Assembly: GCA_964016885.1 (NCBI GenBank)
Contig: OZ024745.1
Span: forward strand, 36,580,001-36,644,000
Direction of reading: 5' to 3'
Source: Eledone cirrhosa
Lineage: Eukaryota
DNA length: 64,000 nucleotides
Positions 11,477-23,835 of this stretch are shown one piece after another. The notes below the pieces were generated by a model that had not been told where the DNA came from, did no database searches, and saw only the letters and a list, made by a program, of their open reading frames with translations. The stretch's first letter is position 1. The number at the start of each line of letters is the position of its first letter. Made by a program: the position numbers and the translations under genes.

Positions 11477-14400
11477 GAAGAAGACGCACGAGGTGGTAGA
11501 AGGTCATGAAATCGCTCCCGTAAGCTTTTGATTTTTAACATATTTAAATCAATTGTGAAATAACAATTCTTAGTACAAATGTTGCATAATCCACCAAATG
11601 AAGTCCCATAAAATTTCGGATCCATATTATATTGTTATATCGCTCAAATATTCAATTTTGTATTATATATTTTGTATTCAAAAAAAGAAAATGGTTATAA
11701 ATGGAAGAAAACACCCTCTGTCTACACTATATAGAACAGCCAAATAACAGCAATTTCACCAACACCAGAAAGTTGATACACCACCTATCCCATCACACTA
11801 AATATAACAGCCAGATAACGGCAATTTCACCACCACCACCATCAATCCCGGCATGATAATAATAATTACTATTATTATTGTCTCAAATTTTAACAAAATG
11901 TTTGATTCCAATTTTACGGGAATATGTCAACACAATATATATTAAACATACGAACACAAACTCATAGATACTACAGATCACAAAACCCAGTAACCACAAC
12001 GCCACCGCCGCCACCACCCCATCCATCATCTTGCTAGCACTATCCCATCGCCGCCGCCACCACTCCTTCATTGCTACCACCACTATTCCCATGTTAACTT
12101 GAGAGAGAAAGGGGAAGGTGGCGGTATCACTAGACAAGGGAGAGGCTAGCAAAAGATATAAATAGATTGACTTAGTGACCTGGCCACCGGCCAAACGTCA
12201 ACATCAACAACTATGGGACTGCTGGCTCACCCCTTCCTCATCAACAATATAAAAAGCCCCGGCACCACCACCGACATAGCCAACAACAATAACAGGCAAC
12301 TACAGCAAAAAGTATATTATATTATGGGTGATTGCCATATATAAAAAGTATATTATATTATGGGTGATTGCTGGCCTTGTGCCTGGAGTGGAGACAATTA
12401 TTAATAATTTCATTCTTAAGCCACGCTATGCTCACATTAAGGAACCACTCATGATAATAATAATTTTAAAAAAAAAAACAAAAAGAAAACCCCGTGACCA
12501 AGAAATACCGGGATGGCGGCCGGCGGGGAATAGCCGTGTCTCTAGGGGAGAACGACCCCTCTAGTCTTGGTTGACACTCGTTCTAGAAGTGGTAACACGA
12601 AATGATTACCCCTTGGCAGATAAGGATAAAACGCGACAAAATAAAGTAAATGTCTAATGATAAAATCTCATACCGGATCGGCCGTCACCCGGGTAAAAAA
12701 GGGCCGCGTCCCTCAGAGAGGAACCAGACTGGGGTCGAAAAATCAGCTAATGGTTCAAACCTTCCCATCACTTCGGAGCTGGAGACCTCCCATAACCGGA
12801 ATACTCCTACTGTTGGCCCCCATGCTCACCACCAAGAAATCCAAAGAAAAATAGAGAAAAATGGTCAAGGGAAGATAATAAAGAAGTCCTTGAGGCTTTC
12901 TACACTGCCATGTACTACCCATCAAATACATCGAATACAGAACAGACATATATCAACTGGAAAAAGAAACATCCCGAAAACAGAGGCTATAGTGACAGTA
13001 ACAAACTAGCCAATATACGAAGAAATATTGTAAGAAAAAAGTTACTAACTGATATAGAAATTGATCAGATCAAGCTATTAGCACAAAGTCAGCGAAGGGA
13101 AAATGAAACATGTGTCAGTGAAAACGAGGTAAACTGTAACACTTCGAACCCCAGGGTTGGGGCGGAATCACTGGCAACAGAACAAATTAAAGAAAGGATC
13201 GAAAAAGTGGAGGGAGTGCATGCTCAGGATGAAACTCCAAATGAAAATAATGAGATTGTAAATGATAAAGAAATGAATGAGAATGAACTTGCCAACTTGA
13301 AGGATGAAATTATGATCGAATGGATGAAAATGAAAGAATCTGACATGGGGCAACGAGACACCCTCCCTAAGATCCAGAACTCCAAACAGAACCAAAAGTT
13401 AATACACAAGACTAACATAATTCTCAAAAACATTATCATCACAAACAAACTAAACATTACTGATTTAAATCATCTCTATTATGCATCGGCTAAAGTCACC
13501 ACTCACTTATGTGGAGTGAAGATGAAAAAACAAAGGAATTCCCACAAGAAATCTACTTGGCAAGAGAACATCAATCGCCAAATAAACCTTCTCCGATCTG
13601 ACATAGAAATTTTAACAAACTATAAAGTAGGTGAACATGTTAAACAAACTAAACTTAGAAAATTGAAAAAAAAGTACAGTATAAAATCAACATGTGACAT
13701 AGACATGCTGATAGAAATAATCAAGCAAAAAGTGTCGGCCAAAGCTGCTCGTATAAGGCGCTTTGAAAATCTATCTAGATTCTATAAGGACAATAATATG
13801 TTCAAAAACAACCAAAGAAACTTCTACAGAAAAATTGGTAAGTCAACAATAACTGCTAAATCAATACCACCCAAGGAGGAAGTGCAAGAATTCTGGGAAA
13901 AGATCTGGGCCGAAGAAAAAGTTCATAACATACATGCCCCATGGATAGACAGACAAATGAAAGATACAGCTCACCTTGAGGAACAAATATGGGAAAATAT
14001 AACAGTTGAACAGTTGCGCTTGGCTCTAAGAAAAACCAGCAAATGGAAATCCCCAGGAAAAGACAAAATACAAAACTTTTGGATAAATGCCTTCACAGAG
14101 TCTCATGAGCTGTTAGCCCAACTTTACAATGAAATAGTTAAGGAGCCAGAAAAGATACCATCATGGCTAGTTAACGGCATTATATTCCTGCTTCCGAAGA
14201 ATGATGAGACAAACAATCCCAAAAATTACAGACCGATAACTTGCTTGACCACAATGTATAAAATTTTAACATCAGTCCTAACTGAATACACATATGACCA
14301 CCTGATAACAAATGACCTATTTCCCATTGAGCAGAAAGGGTGTAAACGAGGCTCATATGGCTGTAAGGATCAGCTTCTGGTTAACAAAATGATACTGGAA

Positions 14401-16434
14401 GATTGTCATAATAGACACAAAAATCTATCGATTGCTTGGATAGATTATAAAAAAGCATTCGATAGTTTGCCACACAGTTGGATTGAAAAATATTTTCAAA
14501 ATATCCACCGTTGTCAGGAGGTTTTTGTCATTCAGTATGAAGACATGGAAAACGACACTCCTTTTGAATAGTGAAACAAAATCACTGGAAGCTGGAGAAG
14601 TTAATATTAATTGTGGAATTTTTCAGGGTGTCTCTTTATCACCGCTTTTATTCTGCATCGCACTTATACCATTAAGTAAAATGCTCAATGAAACAAAACA
14701 TGGATATAAAGTCTATGACAAAACCATTAATCACCTGTTCTACATGGATGACCTGAAACTGTTTGCAAAAAATGATGAACAATTGCAAGGGCTATTATCC
14801 ACTGTGGAGCAGTTCAGTGATGACATTAAAATGGAGTTTGGACTAGATAAATGCGCCAAAGCAACGTTCACCAGAGGAAAGCTGCTGAAGAGTTCAGACA
14901 TTAATCTTGATCGGGGGAACGTGATAAGAGAACTTGATCAAGAAAAAACTTACAAATATCTAGGTGTTTGTGAAGGAGACGGAATCAAGCACTCGACAAT
15001 GAGGGAACGGATAAGGAAGGAATGTTACCGCAGAGTAAGAGCAATCTTAAGAACGGAATTGAATGCAAGGAATAGGATCGATGCCATAAACACGCTTTCC
15101 ATACCAGTAGTAACCTACAGTTACAATGTCATCAACTGGTCAAGCACAGAGATCCGTAGGCTCGATACAAAAATTCGAAAATTCTTAACCATGCACAGAA
15201 TGCATCACCCTAAGGCAGATATAGATATAATATATCTCCCTAGGAAAGAAGGAGGACGTGGGTTAATCCAGTTAGACATTGCGTTGAAAACTGCAACAAT
15301 TGGATTATCTACATATCTAAGGGAATCACATGATTGGATGATCAAACTCGTTTTGAAACACGAAAGCATCAAAAGATCATATTCCATTACAAAAGATGCA
15401 CAAAGATACAGTAATGGACTACAAATTTCAGAAGTCCCATTTACTGCTGAAATGGAAAACACAGAAAAAGCAAAGCAGGTAAAAGTAACTGCAAAGAAAG
15501 AACTGCTACAGAAACTGGCTAAGAAATGGCAAGAAAAGCCTCTGTATGGAAAATACCCAGAGCGAGCTAACAATCCTGATGTTGACAAAACTTTAACCCA
15601 TCAGTGGTTGGCATCCTCTGGACTGAAATCGGAGACTGAAGGACTGATTATATCAGCACAAGATCAGTGTCTGCCAACAAAAAATTACCAAGCCAACATA
15701 AATAAAAATGGATGCAGCCCATTATGCCGTGTATGCAAAAAACAACCAGAGACCATTGACCATATAATTTCAATGTGCAGTCCTATAGCTCCAACAGAAT
15801 ACCTAAACAGGCATGACAGAGCTGCACAATACATACATTGGATAATGTGTAAGCATTTTGACCTGCCCCATCAAAAGAATTGGTGGGAGCATCAACCACC
15901 TCCCATACTTGAAAAAGATCACATCTCAATCTTGTGGAACTTTAGAATCCAAACAGACCGAAAAATAGATGCAAATAGACCTGATATAATATTGAAGGAC
16001 TTTAAAAAGAGGGTATGCCTGCTAATTGATATGTCTGTTCCAATAGACAAGAATGTATCTATAAAAACATTTGAAAAATTGAGCAAGTATAAGGACCTGG
16101 AGATAGAAATTGGAAAAATGTGGAAATTGAGAACTAAAACAATACCAGTGATTGTAGGCGCTCTGGGAATGATACCTAAGGGGTCTAATGATTACTTATC
16201 GCAGATCCCAGGAAACCCGCGTATAGGAGAAATACAAAAGATAGTACTAATGGGAACTGCCCATATACTAAGGAAGATTCTGTCAATATAAGTACATCAC
16301 AAGTCTAAACACTAAAGATGCATGTGTGAGTATGTATGTTCTTCCTTGAACCTGGCGAACCTTGTTGTCTCTTGAGGTCACTGGTTGTGAGTTGGTGATA
16401 ACTCGTATGAACATAAAGCAAGACAAATGCAACT

Positions 16435-16435
<1 letters not shown>
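11477..16435 (+). mobile_element. R4/Dong-like non-LTR retrotransposon copy B
   Basis: Same domain order as copy A with a divergent protein; preceded by (AAT)n(AAG)n and followed by (AAT)n. Confidence 0.88.
12650..16291 (+). pseudogene. R4/Dong-like ORF (Myb-like, RT, CCHC, RLE); frameshifts near 12860 and 14485
   Basis: [97 protein letters not shown]. Confidence 0.92.
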
Positions 16436-16470
<35 letters not shown>

Positions 16471-16712
16471 TTTTCTTTATTAACCACAAGGGTTCACATA
16501 AAGTAGACATTAAGGACAGTACAGGACAATACAGGACGGTACAAATGGGCATTTCTGCGTGTAAAAAAACAGAGGTTGAAATAAAATAACAAAGAAAAAT
16601 TCCCCAATAGGGGGGAGACTTCCAAGGGACATTTGTGGAGAAAGCCCATTAAAAGACCACAGTGGCCCTGACCACCAGGGCAAGTGCCCTCTCCCAGTTT
16701 TCCACCTTTAAT

Positions 16713-19700
16713 TTACAGACACATACTCAGAGAAGGCCCATTCATTCGGGCCATACTTGCTTCTCTCACCCATCTTTCAACAAAATGCTGGAAAGAGAGC
16801 AGTTCCCTCTCTACCCTGATTTTCCTTTTCAAATGAAATTTGAAAAAGTTAGTCAGGGCATCACCGAAGAGGTAAGTGCTCGTCTTCAGCCCTTTCAAAC
16901 GTGTCCACCATACTATCTCTTTCGCCATGGCCACCAGACAGATAAAAACTGCCTGCCCTTCCCGGCTAAAGGAAGGGGGCGGGGCAATCCTCACGATGGA
17001 CTCAGCTGATAGCTGGATCCGTCCTACACGTGACAGCAGGTGTTCGACATAAACCCACAAGTCAGCAATGCTCGGACACTGGACGAGTGCGTGCAGGACG
17101 GTTTCGTCGCCCTGCGCGCATCTCGGACATGCCCGGCTTACGGCACCTCCATGCCTGTAGAGTTTATCCCGAACTGGCAAAGCTCCTCGGTAGCACTGCC
17201 AGGCCAGGGATTTCTGGAAGTTGTCCATAGGCCCCGGCCCGAAAGTCCTTCCGAAGAGATTGGCTAGTTGATTTTCGTCGACGCCTAGATTTTCTCCAAG
17301 TACGTCGTCGCTCTTCCCCTCCACTAATCCCCTATAGAACGCCAAGGTGGAGTTTCCACCGATCACATTGCCCGATTGGTCGAGGGCTGTGAGCGCCTGA
17401 AGACATTCCAGTCTCCAAGCGCTCCCTCTCGGTCTTCGCTTGACCCAGGACTGCAGCTCCGTCAAGGAGACGAGCTGGGGAAAAACGTGTCTTGCAAACG
17501 GCGACCACACCTGATCACCGTCGAGGAAGAGGTGTAGATGTCGTAGCCTGAGCGCGTGTCTGCGCATCATCAGCCACGGCATGCCCAGCCCTCCACGTAG
17601 CGGGTGTTGACAGCAGATGGACCGCCTGACCATCGGAGCGCGTCCCTTCCACAAGAAGCGAAAGAGCAAACGCTCCAGCGCAGTCAGGCGGGGCTTAGGA
17701 CAAGGTACGACGGTCAGGCGGTAGTAGATGACGGATGCGATGTACGCATTCGCCACCTCCGCTCGACCTTTCAGGGATAGCTTCCTCTCGGCCCATTTCT
17801 GGGTGAGAGAAGCCACCCTGCTCGTCACCTCGTCCCAGTTTGTGTCCGTCTGGAGGTCTGGACCGAACCAGACCCCTAGCAATTTAACCGGTCCGTCCGT
17901 CCAGCGCCCGACGACGCTGTTGGACGGCATGGACGTGCCTCTCCAGGTGCCGAGCTGCAGGCCCACTGACTTTTCCTGGTTGATCATTGCTCCTGTCACC
18001 GCTTCGTATTCTCTTAGTGTAGTGCCGATCGCCTCGTTGTGTTTGGCGTGCGACACCACTACGGTGACATCGTCGGCATATGCTGACACGGATCTTCCGC
18101 ATCCTAGTTCGCGCGGGACCCCCCTCAACGTCTCCAGTTTGTGCAGTAATGGCTCGAGAGTCAATACGTACAATAGGGACGGGAGGGGACATCCTTGGCG
18201 GACCGAGCGCATGATGTTGAACGGTTCCGAAAGGTGACCGTTCACTCTCACTACAGAGCAGATGTCGCTGTGCATGGCAGCGATCCAGCCTCTGAAGACG
18301 GGCCCAAAGCCAGCCGCCCTCAGGACTGCCGCTAGGTAACGATGGTCGACCCTATCGAAGGCTTTCGACTGATCTAAATTGATCAAAGACCCACCCGTGC
18401 CAGGTTCCCTAGCTACCCTCTCTACGATGTATCGCATGAGGTGGAGGTTGTCGTGGATGGATCTGTCGGGAATGGCGCATGTCTGTGCCTCTCCCACCAG
18501 ACCACCAACGACAAGCGCCAACCTCTTTGCTAGCACCTTGGCCAAAATCTTGAACTCTGTGTTTAACAGAGTTATGGGCCTAAAATTATCTATGTTATCC
18601 CCCTTGTTCGGATCCTTTCTCAGCAGCGCCACCGCTCCTCGGCTCACAGAGCTGGGAATACTCCCGTTCTGTTGCCAGTTGCAGTAGACGTCCGCCAAGA
18701 GGCCTCCGAACAAGTTTGGCATTTGTACGTAAAGTTCATAGGGCAGACCATCCAAACCAGGCGATTTACCCCTTGTGCAACTAGTCATTGCCTCCCGTAC
18801 TTCAGCGGTTGTTATCGGCTTTTCGCAACACTCCGCCTCACTGGCCGAAAGCCGCGGCAGTCCGTCGAGGTAGACACTAAAGTCCATCCCTCGATCCGGC
18901 CCGCCACTGCCCCCGAACCGTTCGCTGAAAAGCTTCACACATTTGCCCGGCATAGAGTAGCATGCACGTGGTCCACCAAAGACCGGATCGTGGCTTTGTT
19001 GCCACGATGCGCCTCCGCCACTCGGGCCCATTGAACGGCTTTTGTCCCCTCGTGTCTGAGAGCACGCACCCTAGCTCTGACAACGCAGCCTTCGTGTTTT
19101 GCATTGAAGAATTGGTCAAGGGCCAATTTCGCCGCAAGTACGTCGGTCACGATGCCTTTGCTAAGCGCCTCGTCTAATTTTCTAACTAATTCTCCCTCTG
19201 CTCTATTTTTCTCTATTGCTAAAGCCTTACTAAACCTAATGGACTCTATTCTAATTGCTCTTTTCAGAGCAAACCACCACTTGTTGTTGACGATGGCCCC
19301 CCTCAACGCCCGCTTAACTAGTTCGCTAATCCGGTCTCTGTAGGCCTTGCGCGCTGGTAAGGACGCGTTTAGCTTCCAGTAGCCGGGTCCTCGTCTATGA
19401 AGCCTATCGAAGTCAAGTACACAGATCACGAATTTGTGGTCCGTGTAGCTGACTATCTTGAATTGTGGACAGCCTATGCTAGACCTATCTATTTCTCTAC
19501 AAAATACTCTATCTAGATATGATCTGGATGACCCTATGCGATTTGTCCAAGTCCACATTGGCACATTCGGGAAATCCAATCGGTACCTGTCAGACAGTTC
19601 AAAACGCCTGAGCAGGTTGGTGGAGCTCTAGCACCCTCCTTCCCTATCCGCTAATCACACACAGTCCCAGCGTGCATCTAAGATCCCGTTCCAGTCGCCC

Positions 19701-20116
19701 ACTAACACTAAAGAGCGGGACGTTCCAAGAAAGGTCTCCAGACGCCGGAAGAAATCAGGCCGCCCTGCTCCTGTCGGGGCATAGACGGCCACTAGCCTGA
19801 AAGCTTTCCCGTCTCCGCTGGTCACGTCTAGCACCACCAACTTACCTTCTGGGTCCTGGAAGATGGCCCGTATGGCGAGATACAAACCTCTCCGAAAAAG
19901 CAGAGCAACTCCTCTCCCCGATCCCGGACGGCTGGGAGATGCGTACACATCGTAGCCGCCGAAGATCGGTACGAAGGCCCGTGCTTCGGAGATTCTGGTC
20001 TCGCTGATGGCCACTACATCTATGTTTAGTGACCTGAGGTCGTTGAGCAGGTGACCCTGCTTCCATGACGACCCCAAGCCACGCGCATTTATGCTGCCTA
20101 TTCTGAGTGAGGTCAT
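16713..20116 (-). pseudogene. Tx1-like ORF2: APE endonuclease, RT, C-terminal CCHC; disrupted by frameshifts/stop
   Basis: SINARGL, ISET, VYAP, VGDWN, YLDRVF, TDH (APE); KSPGLDG, FRPITLLN, LDQSKAFD, VRQGCPL, AYADD (RT); CPRCAQGDETVLHALVQC. Confidence 0.92.
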
Positions 20117-20150
20117 GTTGAAATGGAGTGGAAAAGATGGGAAAGACCAC

Positions 20151-22087
20151 TTACCTTACTTCTCGTAGGGGAAGGACGGTTTTTCCATCCTTTTCACTGC
20201 TTGTGGCCTCCTCCGGAAGGATGTCCTTATAAATCCTCCTGGAGAGTGTTTGTCTGAAGTCTCCGATGTCTTTGGGGAATTTTTGTTTTAGTGTCGTGTA
20301 CGATTTCTGTGTGATGCGAGTGATTTGTATGTGTGGAGGTGGTGTGAACTTTTGGGTTGTTGTGTAGTCTTTTTCTGTGATGCTGGTGTTGTGTTGCATG
20401 TAGTGTAATAACTGGTTGTTGTTCAAATTTAATGCTGTGTAGTGTGTATCGTTTTGGTTGTTTTGTTTTGTTTGCGTTTGTTGTGGGTTTGTTTCTGTTA
20501 CGCGTTTTGGTGACTTTTGTGGTGTTGGTGATGGTGGTGTTGGGGTTAATGATGATGATGGTGTTGGTGTTTGTGGTGATGGGGTTGGTGATGTTGGTGT
20601 GGATGGTGGCATATCTGTCTTAACTTTCTTGTTCGATAATTTATTTGTTTCCCTCTTTATTTTGTTTTTTGAGGGGGAAGGAAGAGAATTTTTTTCTTTT
20701 GGGGTTTCTTTTTTTTTTCTTTTTTCCTGATACCGTTTCTCACTCCTCGTCGTCACAATCTGTCTCCAGTTGCGATAAGCCGGGGAGTGGAAAATCCTCC
20801 ACAGGCGTTGGTTTTGGTTGTGGCGTGGTGGATGGTGTAGGAGCTGGTGCTAGTTCTGGGGCGTTTGGTGGTGGTGGTGTTGGGTTTGCTACTGTTGCTG
20901 GGGTTGTTGCTGTTACAGTTGCTTCTCTTGTTGCTGCTACAGTTGTTGCTGCTATTTCTGCTGCTGGTGGTGTTGATGGTTGAATCACTGGGGTGGGTAA
21001 GAGAGGTGGCCTCAACCTTTTAGCCTGAGGGCAGAAAGCCCTTAGGTGGGTTCCTTCACCACAAACGACACACCTAGGTCTTCTGCCCTCGACGATTACG
21101 GTGAGGTGGCTACCGTCAGTGAGGTCTATTACCTCTGGGATCTCCTCAATACTTTTATGGTCCGCTTCGATCAGAAGCTCCATCCCAGATCCGGACCAGT
21201 TCCCCTGCTTTTATTTTGCTATTTCTATTATTTTGGTGTTGGCCTCGGTGCCGGCGAGGACGGCAGCCATTAGCCATGGAATTTCGTGGGTCAGCCTGAT
21301 CTTCACAAGTCTCTGGCCACAATAGTTTGGGATGAGTCTGAAGTCGTCACTTCTTAATGGGGCCATGGAGTGTTCTCTGGCCTCCTGTGGTGTTTCAAAG
21401 AACACATCCACGGTTCCATACTTCTGCCCACGTCTGATGTGGGGTTTTTTTGCCCACACATGTCCCAAAGCTTTTTGTATTTGGGACTCAGATGCCCGTT
21501 CCACTCGGCGCGATTTTATGTTTATTGTCCGATAAGACACGGTGCATAGGCGATGTTGCTCCATTTTATTAGATGGGGGGTGAGGCTGACCCTGTACCCA
21601 TCTTTCTTTACCATTCCTTTGGCTTCGTCTAATTCTTCCTGAGTTACCTGGATCGCTTCGCACGTTTTTGCTACTCTGGCAAAACTCAGGGTAGTTTTCT
21701 TAATTTCATTGTTGCTGTTGTTATTATCGTTATTTTTGCTATTGTTAATTTTAGTTTCAGTTGTGGTGGTGGTGGCGTCAGTGGTGTTCGGTGTGTAAGA
21801 GTTCATTTTGGTTGAATTCATTTCGATATCAGGAGTTAATTTATTTTTTTCTTTTGTTTCTGTTGTCGTTGTGGTGGTGATGGGGTGGGGGTTGTCGCGG
21901 TGGTGGTGGTGGCGGCTTTAACACCTGCAGTCATTGGTAATGGCGGGAAACGAACGTCTGCCTGAGACAAATTTAATATATTGCTACTGCTTACAATTCC
22001 AGTGTTGGCAAACGTAGCAATGTTTACAATGGTGGTGTCGGTGTGAGGTGTTGGATTGTGAGGGAGGAGTGAATCTGAGTCATCCAT
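20151..22087 (-). pseudogene. Tx1-like ORF1 (gag-like, zinc knuckle, Pro/Thr-rich), multiple frameshifts
   Basis: TLSFARVAK motif, VEGRRPRCVVCGEGTHLRAFCP CCHC knuckle, low-complexity P/T tracts; lies immediately upstream of ORF2. Confidence 0.8.
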
Positions 22088-22303
22088 TATTTTTCAAAGA
22101 AAAAATTTTTGTTTGATAATTATAAAAAGTTTAAATTTTGGGCTCAAGGCCCCAATATTTTTGAGTGTCCTTTTCAGAAATCAATGTATGTGCACTTATA
22201 TATAGTTAACAATAAAAAATTTCCATAAATGGCAATTTTAAATAACTGAAGATAACAAACCTTTGCGGAGCTCACGATGATACGATTTACTATGTAGGTC
22301 GCC

Positions 22304-22343
<40 letters not shown>

Positions 22344-22344
22344 T

Positions 22345-22627
22345 ATAAGGAAAAAAAAATGAAATCGAAAATGCAACTGGAGTCTTTTTTTTTTTAAAGT
22401 ATATATTCATTTGGTTCCTTTACCGGTTTCGCAGTTCTTCTGCTTTTCAAAAGTTGAATTGAGATAGATGGTTTTTCTCACAGATGTGAGAAAAACCACA
22501 AACCCTCCATCTCAATTCTACTTTTAAAAAGCAGAAGAACTGCGAAACCGGTAAATGAACCAAATAAATATATACTTTTTAAAAAAACGACTCCAGTTGC
22601 ATTTTCGATTTCATTTTTTTTCCTTAT
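22345..22627. mobile_element. Fold-back (palindromic) mini-element with ~135-bp arms carrying an HHR
   Basis: AAGGAAAA..TGAAATCGAAAATGCAACTGGAGTC... mirrored by ...GACTCCAGTTGCATTTTCGATTTCA..TTCCTT; central hairpin GGTTTTTCTCACA-GA-TGTGAGAAAAACC. Confidence 0.9.
22415..22459 (-). ncRNA. Minimal type-I hammerhead ribozyme, U3:A8 core variant
   Basis: Minus strand: CTT-TTGAAAA-GCAG(AAGAA)CTGC-GAAA-CCGG-TA-AAG; the plus-arm copy has core TTAAAAA (G5A). Confidence 0.7.
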
Positions 22628-23129
22628 ACTTTCACTCGTGTAGGCCACCTCGGTTTTTTTTTCATTTAAAAAAAAAACCTCACTTTCTAATATATATATG
22701 TATAAAGAAAAACGATGGAGTCGGATCCATAAATCCTTTATACAGATATAACTTTATGATACACTTCGGCTGCTAGTGCACTTCTTATTATATATGTATA
22801 TATATATATATGTGTGTTTGTGTGTGTGTATGTACGTATGTATGTGTGTGTGTTTGTGTGTGTGTAAGTATGCATATATGTGTATATATATATATATGTG
22901 TGTGGGGGGGGGGGGGGGTATAACATGATTCTGGTTATATTATAATTAATTTTATAGTTTGTGAATGCGAGCATAAGCAAGTAGTCATCGCTATTCTGGT
23001 CGTGTTCACGTTTGATTTTATAGCTTGATTATCAATGCGTATGTAGTGAGATGCATTAATTGGTGCTATTATATTGTCATTGGTTAATAATTTGTGTCGA
23101 GTTATTGTTACAGTAGGTGTGATTATATA

Positions 23130-23270
23130 GTTTGTGAGAATTGAAGAAATGCCAGCGTCGTTTGCGTCTTTGGATTAAACATTCCCTTGAGTTCAAATCC
23201 TGCCGAGATCAACTTTATCGTTCATCCTTTTGCGGTCGATAAATAATGTACCAGTTTGAATTAGGGTGAA
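23130..23270 (+). mobile_element. tRNA-derived SINE copy (degenerate)
   Basis: GAGTTCAAATCCTGCCGAG B-box then TTCATCCTTTTGCGGTCGATAAATAATGTACCAG. Confidence 0.75.
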
Positions 23271-23646
23271 TTCTTTCTTTTTCAGTAAGAAATCGGCTGT
23301 GCTGCGTTTTAAGAATGATGCACTCCACCAAGTTTTAAATGTCCAAAGCCCAAGTCAGGTTGGTGTCCCTGCGAAACCACCAGGAGTTTAAAACTATTTT
23401 CCTTTCATTCTTTCCTTGATTTATTTCTGCAGCTTATCAAAATTGTAATATGCTTTATCAATCAGAAAATGTATTAACTATAACCATTACATCATGAAAG
23501 AACCATGTTAGCCATTTAATGAGGCTATCTCTAGTACTTTAATGTTGTGATTCGTTTATTTACAGGTATTCATCCAGTGATTACTTTAGAAGCTTCTCTC
23601 TTCAGTAAATTACCAACACTACTTCGGTGATGTTATGTATGACCTG

Positions 23647-23835
23647 AGCGGTGGATTGGCAGTATCGGTAGAGAGTCGGACGCCATGCTTTCCAGCATAG
23701 TTACGTCCCTTTACGGTCTGAGTTCAAACCCTGCCGAGATTAACTTTGCCTTTCACCCTTACGGGAGTCAATAAAATAAAGTACTAGTAATACACTGGGA
23801 TAATTGCTGGCCTTGTGTCAAAAGTAGAAACTGTT
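23647..23835 (+). mobile_element. tRNA-derived SINE copy (Deu/Nin-core-like)
   Basis: A-box-like TGGCAGTATCGGTAGAG, B-box GAGTTCAAACCC, core CTTTCACCCTTACGGGAGTCAATAAAATAAAGTACTAG, tail ATTGCTGGCCTTGTG. Confidence 0.85.

Larger units (their letters stand above)
16470..22303 (-). mobile_element. Full-length Tx1/L1-clade non-LTR retrotransposon inserted in (AAT)n
   Basis: ORF1 plus ORF2 on the minus strand; the 3' end has AATAAA then (TTA)n; the 5' end GGCGACCTAC abuts (TTA)n at 22304-22343. Confidence 0.9.

Noticed and set aside
7427-19343. Antisense ORFs within the retrotransposons
   Set aside because: Shadow ORFs of the RT coding strands with no independent motifs.
23566-23627. Possible LRR-like host exon (IHPVITLEASLFSKLPTLLR) after a good acceptor
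   Set aside because: Weak donor, in-frame stop immediately after, and no partner exons identified; needs RNA-seq.
23647-23740. tRNA genes
   Set aside because: A/B boxes belong to SINE heads; no complete cloverleaf is evident.
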